DNA from: Malacoraja senta
Lineage: Eukaryota
DNA length: 64,000 nucleotides
Assembly (NCBI GenBank): GCA_038087875.1
Contig: CM075989.1
Location: 3,472,001 to 3,536,000, forward strand
Direction: 5' to 3'
This document shows, piece by piece, positions 37,726 through 49,961 of the stretch; the stretch's first letter is position 1, and every line of letters begins with the position of its first letter. Below the pieces are notes generated by a model. It was given only the letters and a program-made list of their open reading frames with translations, did no database searches and was not told the origin of the DNA. Made by a program: the position numbers and the translations under genes.

Positions 37726-40700
37726 GAGAAATTACCCAAATACAGGTGTGCCAAGCATGTAGTGTCATACCCAAGAAGACATGAGGCTATAATCACTGCC
37801 AAAGGTGCCTCAGGAAAGTACTGAGTAAAGGGTCTGAATACTTATGTATATGTGATATTTCAGTTATTTATTTTTAGTTACTTTGCAAAAATTTCTAAAC
37901 ACCTTTTTGCTTTTCAAAAAAAAATATTGGGTATTGTGTGTAGATCGATGATTTAAAAAAAATGAAGAATCCATTTTAGAATAAGGCTGTAACGTAACAA
38001 AATGTGGAAAAAGTGAAGAGGTCTGAATACTTTTTAAAAGCACTGTACCTGGAGGCATACAGCACGGACACAGGCCCTTCGGTCCCACTTGTCCATGCCG
38101 ACCAAGATGCCCCAACTGGAGCCTTTCACAACCACAGGGTTTACAGCAGCCTGCTTGTACACAGCAGGATCCCACAAAACGTATTGGTAAGATCAGCTCA
38201 TTTGGCAATAATTGTGAGCAATTTTGGGAACCATACGAGGAAGGATGTGCTGGCTCTGGAGAGGGTCCAGAGGTTTACAAGAATGATCCCAGGAATGAGT
38301 AGGTTAACCTATGATGAGCGTTTGTTGGCACTGGGCCTGTACTCGCTGGAGTTTAGAAGAAAGAGGGGGTGACCTCATTCAGACATACAGAATAGTGAAC
38401 GGCTGGTATAGAATGGATGTGGAGAGGATGCCTCCACTCGTGGGAGAGTCTAGGACTAGAGGTCATAGCCTCAGAATTAAAGGAATTTTAGGAAGGAGAT
38501 GAGAATATATTTCTTTAGTCAGAGGGTGGTGAATCTATGGAATTCTTTGCCACAGAAGGCTGTGGAGGCTGTCAGTGGATATTTCTAATGCAGAGATAGA
38601 TAGATTCTTGATTAGTACAGGTGTCAGAGATTATGGGGAGAAGACAGGAGAATGGGGTAAGGAGGGAGAGATAGATCAGCCATGATTAAATGCCGGAGTA
38701 GACTTGATGGGCCAAATGGCCTAATTCTACTCCTGTCCCTTATGACTACCAAGTGATAAATATCTCTGGGACACAAAACTAATAACTACATTGTTCTTTA
38801 AAATATTGCTATGGATCTTTCTTTACATCCACCCAAGGGTTCAGATGCATGCAGGTTGATTGAAGATTTTGTCCTCTAGACAATACCTGCATCAGCTCAG
38901 CACTACCGTAGTCAGGTTGGTTTTCAGTGCTCAGGAGTGTAAGGATTCACTTCACCACACCAGGTTGGTGACAGAGAGGCAGCGAGTTATGACAGTTCCG
39001 ACAAGCGGTAAATTGCTAGATTAACAGTTAATGTCAGAAATGAATATCATATGTAGACCATCAGCCACAAAATGTTTTGAAGGAAAAGCCTACGCTCTGA
39101 CATAAATCAAACTTTACAACTGTGAGAGCCCTGCATGTTGGTTTTAGAAACATAGAGAATAGGTGCAGGAGGAGGCCATTCGGCCCTTCGAGCCAGCACC
39201 GCCATTCATTGTGACCATGGCTGATCATCCCCAATCAATAACCCGTGCCTGACTTCTCCTCATATCCCTTGATTCCACTAGCCCCTAGAGCTCTATCTAA
39301 CTATCTCTTAAATCCATCCAGTGATTTGGCCTCCACTGCCCTCTGTGGCAGGGAATTCCACAAATTCACAACTCTCTGGCTGAAAACGTTTTTCTCACCT
39401 CAGTCTTAAATGGCATAGAAGTCCTTTATTCTGGACTCGCCCAACATTGGGAAAATTTTTCCTGCATCTAGCTTGTCCAGTCCTTTTATAATTTTATATG
39501 TTTCTATAAGATCCCCCCTCATCCTTCTAAACTCCAGTGAATACAAGCCTAGTCTTTTCAATCTTTCCTCATATGTCAGTCCCGCCATCCCAGGGATCAA
39601 TCTCGTGAACCTACGCTGCACTGCCTCAATCACAAGGATGCCCTTCCTCAAATTAGGAGACCAAAACTGTACACAATACTCCAGATGTGGTCTGACCAGA
39701 GCCCTATACAACTGCAGAAGAACCTCTCTACTCCTATACTGAAATCCTCTTGTTATGAAGGCCAACATTCCATTAGCTTTCTTCACTGCCTGCTGTACCT
39801 GCATGCCAACTTTCAGTGACCGGTGTACAAGGACACACAGGTCTCGCTGTACCTCCCCTTACCTAACCTAACCCCATTGAGATAATAATCTGCCCCCTTG
39901 TTTTTGCCACCAAAGTGGATTTTACCCTTCAAGTACAGGTCATGCTCTAAAACTGGGACTAACAAACTCAGTAATGATAGTGCCATAGAGGGATAAAGCA
40001 TGGAAGTAAGCCCTTTGGCCCATCGTGTCTATGCCAGGCAGTAATCACCCATTTACACAAATCCTAAATTCTTACTTTTATTATTCTTCCCACATCCTCA
40101 TTTATTTCTACCAGATTCCGTCACTCACCTACACGTTAATTGGATGATAAAGCGCAGAACCAGATCCTTTGTCCCAACAAGTCCATGCTGGCCATCGATC
40201 ACCCCGTTCACACTATTTCTATGCCATTCCACTTTCTCATCAACTCCCTAGAGGCAATTTACAGAGGCCAATTAACCAACACACCCGCATGTCTTTGGGA
40301 TGTGGGAGGAAACCGGAGTAACGGAAGAAATCCATGTGGTCACAGGGAGAACGAGCAAACAGCACACACAGCACCCAAATTTGGGATGGAACCCGGGTCT
40401 CTGGCACTGTGAGGTAGCGGTTCAATCAGATGTATCACTGTGCTGAGTTGTTAGGGGCAACTTGCAGTAACCAATTAACCTACCAATGATGTACATCATT
40501 GGGACATGGACAAAACAAGAGCACTCAGAAGAAACCCACGTGGTGATAGGAGCACGTGCAATCTCTGCAGACAACGCCCAGGGTCTGGTCCAAACTCTGC
40601 CTGGAGCTCTACCCACTGCACCACACTGCCAACCAACTAGGACGTTTCCAGTCTGATCCGGGGAAAGATAACATCTAAAGAAACAAAGCTAGTCATTCCT

Positions 40701-43437
40701 CCATTAGACCGACTGAGCTACAAGGCACCTCCAGCACTTTAAACCTTCCTTTCAGAATTACACATGAAAAATAGCCTTTCGTATCAATTGGAGGAGCATT
40801 TGTCTGAATGATTCTGAATATTTAACTACAAGGGTATTTACACTGGTAAACATTGAGTGAAGAACCATGTCCCAGAGGAAAACATCCCAAAGAATCTCAA
40901 GGGAAGTGCTGTCGAACCATAATCATAACTGGCACCAAGCCACAGAAGGATATGTTAAAGGTAAAAAAGAGCATAATTGAAGATCTACGTTTTAAGATGC
41001 GTTTTAAATGGGAAGAGAAGGAGACAGGTGGTAGAGGTTTAAGATTGGAATTCCAGCGTTTAAGACTTGGCAGCTGAGAATATGATTCCCAAAGTTGGAA
41101 CAAAATCGTACCCCATAATTGTAACAGTGTTGCTATCACAGAGGAATACAGGCCGAGTGTAAAATATAGAGGGAAAGAGGCAATTCTATGCAGAGATTTT
41201 AATTCAAGATCATAGAAGTTGTTAAATCAGGCAAGCTGTATTTTATAGATAGGAAATGTTTCAATTTCTATTTGTTTAAAAACTATTCTTTCCGAATCTC
41301 CATAATTTGTCAATTGGAACAAGACATGTCATTATTGATCGACTGATTGAAAGATACAGCCCACCAGTGCACGCCGACCATTGATCACACAAGTTCCCCG
41401 TTATCCTACTTTTTCATCCACTCCCTATGCACTAAGGACACTTTAGAGGCCTATTAACTGACAAACCTGCAAGTCTTTAGGATGTGGGAGGAAACCGGAT
41501 CACCCGGAAGAAACCCACGCACTCACAGGGAGAACGTGCAAACTCCACACACAGACAGCAGCCGAGGTCAGGCTCAAACCTGGGTCTCTGATGCTGTGAG
41601 GCAGCAGCTCTACCAGCTGTGCCACCTATTTGTTTAAAAACTATTTGCTTCCGATTGGATAACTTGCTAATAGTACCAAATGATATCATTAGATGATAAT
41701 TTTGCAGCTGATAGTACATGATCGATGAACTCTGGAAAGCATTTTCAGAAGAAGTTTATTCTTTTCAGAGTTCTGGGCATATTCTGGGCTGTGGATGGCG
41801 GTGCTGGCTCGAAGCGCCAAATGGCCTACTCCTATACCTATTTTCTAAGTATCATATCTAACTGGAGATCTCTCTGCTACTCAGTCATTGAGTCTGGGTG
41901 AGGGAAAATGCAAGAGCCTGCTTATGATTGCTGACTCCTTCCTCTCACTTCCATCGACTGGCACATCTGTTCTTCCACTAAACCACAACAGTTATGTACT
42001 GACCAGTTGATCAATTCTAATGTACCTCACTTTTGAACAAAATATTATTATAAATGTAATACAGTGCCCTCCATAATGTTTGGGACAAAGACCCAGCATT
42101 TATTTATTTGCCTCTGTACACAATTTTGAGATTTGTAAGAGAAAAAAAAATCACATGTGGTTAAAGTGCAGATTGTCAGATTTCATAAAGGCAATGTTTA
42201 TACATTTTGGTTTCAACATGTAGAAATTACAGCAGTATTTATCAATAGTCCCCCCCTATTTCAGAGCACCATAATGTTTGGGACACAGCAATGTCATGTT
42301 AATGAAAGTAGTCATGTTTAGTATTTTGTTGCATATCCTTTGCATGCAATGACTGCTTGAGGTCTGCGATTCATGGACATCACAAGTTGCTGGGCGCCTG
42401 CTCTGCCAGGCCTGTATTTCAGTCACCTTTAGCTAATGCTTGTTTTGGGGGCTAGTCCCCTTCAGTTTTCTCTTCAGCATATAAAAGGCACGCTCAATTG
42501 GGTTCAGATCAGGTGATTAGCCACTCAAGAATGGACCATTTTTTACCTCTGAAAAACTCCTTTGTTGCTTTAGCAGTATGTTTGGGATCATTGTCCTGCT
42601 GTAGAATGAACCGCCGGCCAATGAGTTTTGAGGTATTTGTTTGAACTTGAGCAGATAGAATGTGTCTATACACTTCAGAATTCATTATGCTACTACCATC
42701 AGCAGTTTTATCATCAATGAAGATAAGTGAGCCAGTACCTTCAGCAACAATACATGCCCAGGCCATAACACCCCCACCACCGTGTTTCACAGATGAGGTG
42801 GTATGCTTTGGATCTTGGGCAGTTCCTTCTCTCTTCCATACTTTGCTCTTGCCATCATTCTGATATAAGTTAATCTTCATCTCATCTGTCCACAAGACCT
42901 TTTCTGGAACTGTAGTTGCTCTTTTAAGTACTTCTTGGCAAACTGTTAACTGGCCGTCCTATTTTTGAGGCTAACCAGTGGATTGCATCTTGCAGTGTAG
43001 CCTCTATATTTCTATTTATGAAGACTTCTGCGGACAGTGGCCACTGACAAATACACACCTGTCTCCTGAAGAGTGTTTCTGATCTGTCAGACAGGTGTTT
43101 GGGGATTTTTCTTTATTATAGAGAGAATTCTTCTGTCATCAGCTGTGGAGTGCTTCCTTGGCCTGCCAGTCCCTTTGCGCTTAGTAAGCTCACCAGTGCT
43201 CTCTTTCTTCTTAATGATGTTCCAAACAGTTGATTTTGGTAAGCCTAATGTTTGGCTGATGTCTATAACAGTTTTATTCTTGTTTTTCATTCTCATAATG
43301 GCTTATTTGACTTCCATTTGCACAACTTTGGTCCTCATGTTGATAAACAGCAATAAAAGTTTCCAAAGGTGATGGAAAGACTGGAGGAAAGACTAGGTGC
43401 TGAGAACTCTCTTATACCTGCATTAAGGAGGCAATTA

Positions 43438-46400
43438 GACAATAGGTGCAGGAGTAGGCCATTCGGCCCTTCGAGCCTGCACCGCCATTCAATATGATCA
43501 TGGCTGATCATCCAACTCAGTATCCCGTACCTGCCTTCTCTCCATACCCCCTGATCCCCTTAGCCACAAGGGCCACATCTAACTCCCTCTTAAATATAGC
43601 CAATGAACTGGCCTCAACTACCCTCTGTGGCAGAGAGTTCCAGAGATTCACCACTCTCTGTGTGAAAAAGTTTTTCCTCATCTTAAGCTGTGACCCCTTG
43701 TCCTGGACTTCCCCAACATCGGGAACAATCTTCCTGTATCTAGCCTGTCCAACCCCATACGAATTTTGTACGTTTCTATAAGATCCCCTCTCAATCTCCT
43801 AAATTCTAGCGAGTATAAGCCAAGTCTATCCAGTCTTTCTTCATATGAAAGTCCTGACATCCCAGGAATCAGTCTGGTGAACCTTCTCTGCACTCCCTCT
43901 ATGGCTATAATGTCCTTCCTCAGATTTGGAGACCAAAACTGTACGCAATACTCCAGGTGTGGTCTCACCAAGACCCTGTACAACTGCAGTAGAACCTCCC
44001 TGCTCCTATACTCAAATCCTTTTGCTATGAAAGCCAACATACCATTCGCTTTCTTCACTGCCTGCTGCATCTGCATGCCTACTTTCAATGACTGGTGTAC
44101 CATGACACCCAGGTCTCGCTGCATCTCCCCATTTCCTAATCGGCCACCATTTAGATAATAGTCTGCCTTCCCGTTTTTGCCACCAAAGTGGATAACCTCA
44201 CATTTATCCACATTATACTGCATCTGCCAAACATTTGCCCACTCACCCAGCCTATCCAAGTCACCTTGCAGTCTCCTAGCATCCTCCTCACAGCTAACAC
44301 TGCCCCCCAGCTTAGTGTCATCCGCAAACTTGGAGATGTTGCTTTCAATTCCCTCATCCAGCTCATTAATATAAATTGTAAATAGCTGGGGTCCCAGCAC
44401 TGAGCCTTGCGGTACCCCACTAGTCACTGCCTGCCATTGTGAAAAGGACCCGTTTTTTACTCCTACTCTTTGCTTCCTGTTTGCCAGCCAGTTCTCTATC
44501 CACATCAATACTGAACCCCCAATACCGTGTGATTTAAGTTTGTATCCTAATCTCTTATGTGGTACCTTGTCGAAAGCCTTCTGAAAGTCCAGATACAACA
44601 CATCCACTGGTTCTCCCCTATCCACTCTACTAGTTACATCCTCGAAAAATTCTATAAGATTCGTCAGACACGATTTACCTTTCGTAAATCCATGCTGACT
44701 TTGTCCAATGATTTCACCATTTTCCAAATGTGCTGCTATCCCATCTTTAATAACTGACTCTAGCAGTTTCCCACTACCGATGTTAGACTAACTGGTCTGT
44801 AATTCCCCGTTTTCTCTCTCCCTCCCTTCTTAAAAAGTGGGGTTACGTTTGCTACCCTCCAATCCTCAGGAACTGCTCCAGAATCTAAAGAGTTTTGAAA
44901 AATTATCACTAATGCATCCACTATTTCTGGAGCTACTTCCTTAGGTACTCTGGGATGCAGCCTATCTGGCCCTGGTGATTTATCGGCCTTTAATCCATTC
45001 AATTTACCCAACACCACTTCCCGACTAACCTGGATTTCACTCAGTTCCTCCATCCCCTGCTATTTCCGGCAGATTATTTATGTCTTCCTTAGTGAAGACG
45101 GAACTAAAGTAGTTATTCAATTGTTCCGCCATATCCTTGTTCCCCATGATCAATTCACCTGTTTCTGACTGCAAGGGACCTACATTTGTTTTAACTAATC
45201 TCTTTCTCTTCACATATCTATAACAACTTTTGCAGTCAGTTTTTATGTTCCCTGCCAGTTTCCTTTCATAATCTATTTTCCCTTTCCTAATTAAGCCCTT
45301 TGTCCTCCTCTGCTGGTCTCTGAATTTCTCCCAGTCCTCTGCTATGCTGCTTTTTCTGGCTAATTTGTACGCATCATCTTTTGCTTTGATACTATCCCTG
45401 ATTTCCCTTGTTATCCACGGATGCACTACCTTCCCTGATTTATTCTTTTGCCAAACTGGGATGAACAATTTTTGTAGTTCATCCATGCAGTCTTTAAATG
45501 CCTTCCATTGCATATCCACCGTCAACCCTTTTAGAACTAATTGCCAGTCAATCTTGGCCAATTCACGTCTCATACCCTCAAAGTTACCTTTCTTTAAGTT
45601 CAGAACCGTTGTTTCTGAATTAACAATGTTACTCTCCATCCTAATGAAGAACTCAACCATATTATGGTCACTCTTGCCCAAGGGGGCACGCACAACAAAA
45701 CTGCGAACTAACCCTTCCTCATTACTCAATACCCAGTTTAGAATAGCCTGCTCTCTCGTTGGTTCCTCTACATGTTGGTTTAGATAACTATCCCGCATAC
45801 ATTCCAAGAAATCCTCTTCCTCAGCACCCTTGCCAATTTGATTCACCCAATCTATATGTAGATTGAAGTCACCCATTATAACTGTTTTGCCTTTGTTGCA
45901 CGCATTTCTAATTTCCTGTTTGATGCCATCCCCAACTTCACTACTACTGCTAGGTGGCCTGTACACAACACCCACCAGCGTTTTCTGCCCCTTAGTGTTT
46001 CGCAGCTCTACCCATACCAATTCCACATCCTCCAAGCTAATGTCCTTCCTTTCCACTGCGTTAATCTCCTCTCTAACCAGCAACGCTACCCCACCTCATT
46101 TTCCTTTCTCTCTATCCCTCCTGAATATTGAATATCCCTGGATGTTCAGCTCCCAGCCTTGGTCACCCTGGAGCCATGTCTCCGTGATCCCAACTATATC
46201 ATAATCATTAATTGCTATCTGCACGTTCAACTCATCCACCTTATTACGAATGCTCCTTGCATTGAGACACAAAGCCTTCAGGCTTGTTTTTACAATGCTC
46301 TTACCCCTTATACAATTATGTTGAAAAGTGGCCTTTTTTGATTTTTGCCCTGGATTTGTCTGCCTGCCACTTTTACTTTTCACCGTGCTACCTATTGCTT

Positions 46401-46565
46401 CCGCCCGCATTTTACACCCCTCTGTTTCTCTGCTCACCCATTTAAGAACCCCACCACCTCTTATTCTCTGTTTATTATTGTTTTCTTCTTTACCCCCTAC
46501 ATGTTGGGTCTGAGTGCTTTCCTTCTCTGCCTCCTGCCTCACACACTGTCTAATAGCATTCTCTA
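43438..46565 (-). mobile_element. CR1 LINE with near-complete but frameshifted ORF2 (endonuclease plus RT)
   Basis: CLNARSIRNK...GITETWL, MGDFN, KSDHNMV, NYRPVSLTSVVG, LDFQKAFDKV, GVPQGSVLGP, FADDTKL. Frame breaks near 46095, 45050 and 44760. Confidence 0.95.
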
Positions 46566-47893
46566 TCATGGCTGATCATCCACAATCAGTACCTCGTTCC
46601 TGCCTTCTCCCCATATCTGCTATCTTTAAGAGCTCTATCTAACTCTCTCTTGAAAGCATCCAGAGAATTGGCCTCCACTGCCTTCTGAGGCAGAGAATTC
46701 CACAGATTCACAACCCTCTGTGTGAAAAAGTTGTTTCTCATCTCTGTTCTAAATGGCTTACCCCTTATTCTTAAACTGTGATCCCTGGTTCTGGACTTCG
46801 CCAACATGGGGAACATGTTTCCTGCTTCTAGCATACAAGATACAAGATACATTTATTTGTCACAGATGGCACAGTGAAATGGGATCACCATACAGCCATA
46901 CAATAAAATAAAGAACACAACACATGATAGAGTTCAACATAAAAACATCCCCACACAGCAGAATCAAATTTTCCCACTGTGAGGGAAGGCAACAAAGTCA
47001 GTCCTCTTCCTCTAATGTTCCCCACTGTTCACCCGTGGTCGGGGCCTCCCCGAGCCCTCTACAGTTGCCGCTACGGGCTGCCCGATGTTCAGGCCCGCTC
47101 GCCGGGGTGATGTAAGTCCGATGTCGGGGCTGGGGACCTCCTCAGCGGCTTGGACATCAGAGTCGGCCCCCTCCTACCGGAGTCCACGGCTCCCAAAGTC
47201 CGCAGGCCGCGCCGGGCGGAGATGCAGAGATGCAGCGCTGGCGGCCCTCGGCAAAGGGCCCCAGGACTCCGTAATGTTGTTCAGCGCCGGCCGCGCTGGA
47301 AGCTCTCCCAAACCGCAGCTCCACGATGTTGGAGCTCTCCCAAACGCTGGAAGCTCTCCCAAACCGCAGCTCCACGAGCTCCAAACGGCAATCCAGGTAG
47401 GTATCGCCCGCTCCGCGATGAATTCAGTGCTGCGCCGCCGCTGTTGCAGCTCTGGTCCGGTTCCCGGTCCCCGGCAGGAAAGGCCGCTACAATCCAGGTG
47501 GTAGGCCGCGAGGAGGGGGGCGAGGACGCGGCTCGGAGAAATAGTCGCGTCCCCGCCAGGAAGCGATTGGGAAACAGTTTCCCCCTTACCCTGCCACCCT
47601 CCCCCACATAGAAAAGTTAAAGTTTCCCCCTAAAACAGACATTAAACTAACTAATTTTTTTTTTTTAAGATTGCAAAAACGAACAGGCTGCAGGCAGAGG
47701 CTGCCGTCAGTGCGGCGGCCCTAGTGGTAATGTCCAAACCCTTAATAATCTTACACGTTTCAATAAGATCCCCTCTCATCCTTCTAAATTCCAGAGTATA
47801 CAAGCCCAGCCGCTGCATTCTATCAATATAGGACAGTCCTGTCATCCCAGGAATTAACCTCGTGAACCTATGCTGTACTCCCTCAATAGCAAG
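46566..47893 (-). mobile_element. Second CR1 3' fragment, interrupted by a GC-rich element at about 46834-47725
   Basis: AIEGVQHRFTRLIPG...KIIKGLD, then the insertion, then LEAGNMFPML...NLWNSLPQKAVEA. Confidence 0.85.
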
Positions 47894-48875
47894 AATTAAA
47901 CACACCTGAGCAATTACAAACGCCTATGAAGCCATGTGTCCCAAACATTATGGTGCCCTGGAATGGGGGAACTATGTATAAACACAGCTGTAATTTCTAC
48001 ACATGGTGAAACCAAAATGTATAAAAATGGCCTTTAATAAAATATGACAATGTGCACTTTAACCACATGTGATTTTTTCTATTACAAATCTCAAATTATG
48101 GAGTACAAAGGCAAATAAATAAACGATGGGTCTTTGTCCCAAACATTATGGAGGGCACTGTGACCTGACAGAAGCCATTGGGACATTGTTGAAAAACCAG
48201 AACAGAATTCTAACGTTAAGTCGAGGACTACAAGATGTCCCCACTGCCAAACCAGCACATTTCATAATGCACCCGAGGACATCCTTGTAAAGGACAAAAT
48301 GGTCTTCAAAGCCAGCGATGGCCAACATTCCCTGCTCCCTGGCAAATACTTCACCATAAAACCTTATCCCTGTTGTGGTACTTCACAGGATCAGCATCAA
48401 GCAATTCGACATGTCCTCCACGGGGAGTAGTCGAGGCAACATTTAAAAGACATTCAGATACATGGATAGGAATAGTTTCAGGAATATGTGCCCAACGCAG
48501 GCAAATGGGACCAGTTTAGATGTGTCATCTTGGTCGGCATGGACAAGATGGGCTGGACAGGACAGGTTTAGATTGGCCAAACACAGATAGGTGGGCTAGT
48601 GTAGATGGGACATGTTGGCCGGTGTGGGCATGTTTGGCCGAAGTATATTACACGCACTAAGTATGACTCTGCAAAACCTGTTTGTGTGCTCTATCTCGCT
48701 GTAACAAAAGGTTTAGAGGGATATGGGCCAAATCCAGGCAAATGGGACAATGCGAAGAAAGTGCCTCTTGGCCGAGTTTGGCCCCCGGGCCTGTTTAGCC
48801 GTACGTCCCACTGTTGGTTTGGGTGGAAGGGGAGAGACTGCACAGTGCGGGAGGTGGTAACCAGTTGGCCAGTAC

Positions 48876-49961
48876 CTGAGAAGGGTCCGTGACCCGGAGT
48901 GTCACCACGTCCTCACTTGTGTACTTGATCAGGAGATGGTTCTCATCCAGAAGCTGCATCTTCCACATGCGCAGCTGCTGCAGCTGATCGAAGTACTGGA
49001 AGAAGCGGCGCTTGGCCGCGGCGCTGCCGTCGTGCTCCGCTCTCTGCCATAGGTACACCAGCAGCCGGTGCTTCAGCGAGTTCAGCGTCTTCTCCTTGAA
49101 GGGCCGCGAGGTGGCATTCTGCGCGTCGCCCTGCACCTCAGGGTACACCGCGGAGATGGTGAGGAGGTCATCTTCATAGCAGAACCGCCCGATGGTGCGA
49201 ACATCAATGAAGGTCCCCTCGGGTGTGACCTGAAACACGTGGATGGTCTGATGCTGCACAGAGAGAACGGCCAGGATGTTTTTATACAGGTAAAGCCCTT
49301 GGTTGTGCGAGAGAATGATCTTGTCACACTTGAAGGATCGTGTATCGCAGAGGCTCCCTGTGTGAAGATCAATGATGTGCAGCGAGTAATCTTCCAGAGG
49401 AGAGCGAGGGTTCGGCGTGACCGACTCATTGTTTCGATAAACCTCGAAGAAGAGAGGATGGGGCTCCTCAGGGAGGTAGGCGGCCGACCCAACGATGACG
49501 TACCGGCAGTCGTCGGTGAACAGACTGCACTCGCGGTTCAGGTGCTCCCCGTTCGACGCCACGCTGGTGACGTGCAGCAGCACGAAGAAGCGCTCGAAGA
49601 GCTTGCCGCGGACGTTGACCGACTGCAGGTCGCCGGTGCCGTTCAGCATGATCTCCCCATCGTGCCCCTGCAAGAGGTCCTCGGCGGCCTGGCAGCCCTG
49701 GTACTCGTAGATCTCCAGCGAGGTCTGGTCCAGGGAGAAGGCGATGAAGTAGCGTCCGTCGGGGGAGAACTTGCGCAGGAAGCAGGGGGGCTTTTCCACG
49801 TTGACCACGGTGAAGTTGGGGAAGACATTCTGGTGCAGGCATCGCACCATGTACCAGTGGGCACCTGGCCTGCCCGAGTGCATGCGCCGCCGCTCCAGTC
49901 GGTAAACCACATTCTGGTTCTCAATCCGACGAGGCTTGATGGTCGGGTCATCATCATCCAT
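48876..49961 (-). CDS. DET1: DET1 (de-etiolated 1 homolog, COP1/DDB1-CUL4 partner), first coding exon, 362 codons
   Basis: [26 protein letters not shown]...[13 protein letters not shown]...LRVTDPSQ is recognisable DET1. Donor CAG|GTACT at 48875; acceptors CAG at 49995-49993 or 49989-49987. Confidence 0.98.

Larger units (their letters stand above)
34935..38045 (+). mobile_element. Tc1 transposon (IR/DR type) with disrupted transposase and two nested insertions
   Basis: TA TSDs at 34933 and 38046; about 210-bp TIRs with inner and outer DRs (aagtattcagaccc). Transposase from 36013: [37 protein letters not shown]-terminus resumes near 37726. Confidence 0.93.
42062..48160 (-). mobile_element. 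Second Tc1 family (IR/DR) split by a 4.5-kb LINE insertion
   Basis: TIRs CAGTGCCCTCCATAATGTTTGGGACAAAGACCCA at both ends; inner DRs at about 42267 and 47936. Transposase: GLPKSTVWNIIKK, GRPRK, WTDEMKINL, KHGGGGVMAWAC, LQQDNDPKH. Confidence 0.92.

Noticed and set aside
37022..37762. 246-aa ORF and overlapping ORFs (also 47085-47611 and 59662-60271)
   Set aside because: Chance ORFs in GC-rich mobile elements; no domain motifs and not conserved between the two related copies.
43678..46569. Active autonomous CR1
   Set aside because: ORF2 is broken into at least four frames and ORF1 was not seen.
48795..48875. C-terminal extension VLANWLPP... of the 388-aa ORF
   Set aside because: Intronic read-through past the GT donor at 48875; DET1 continues at 34522.
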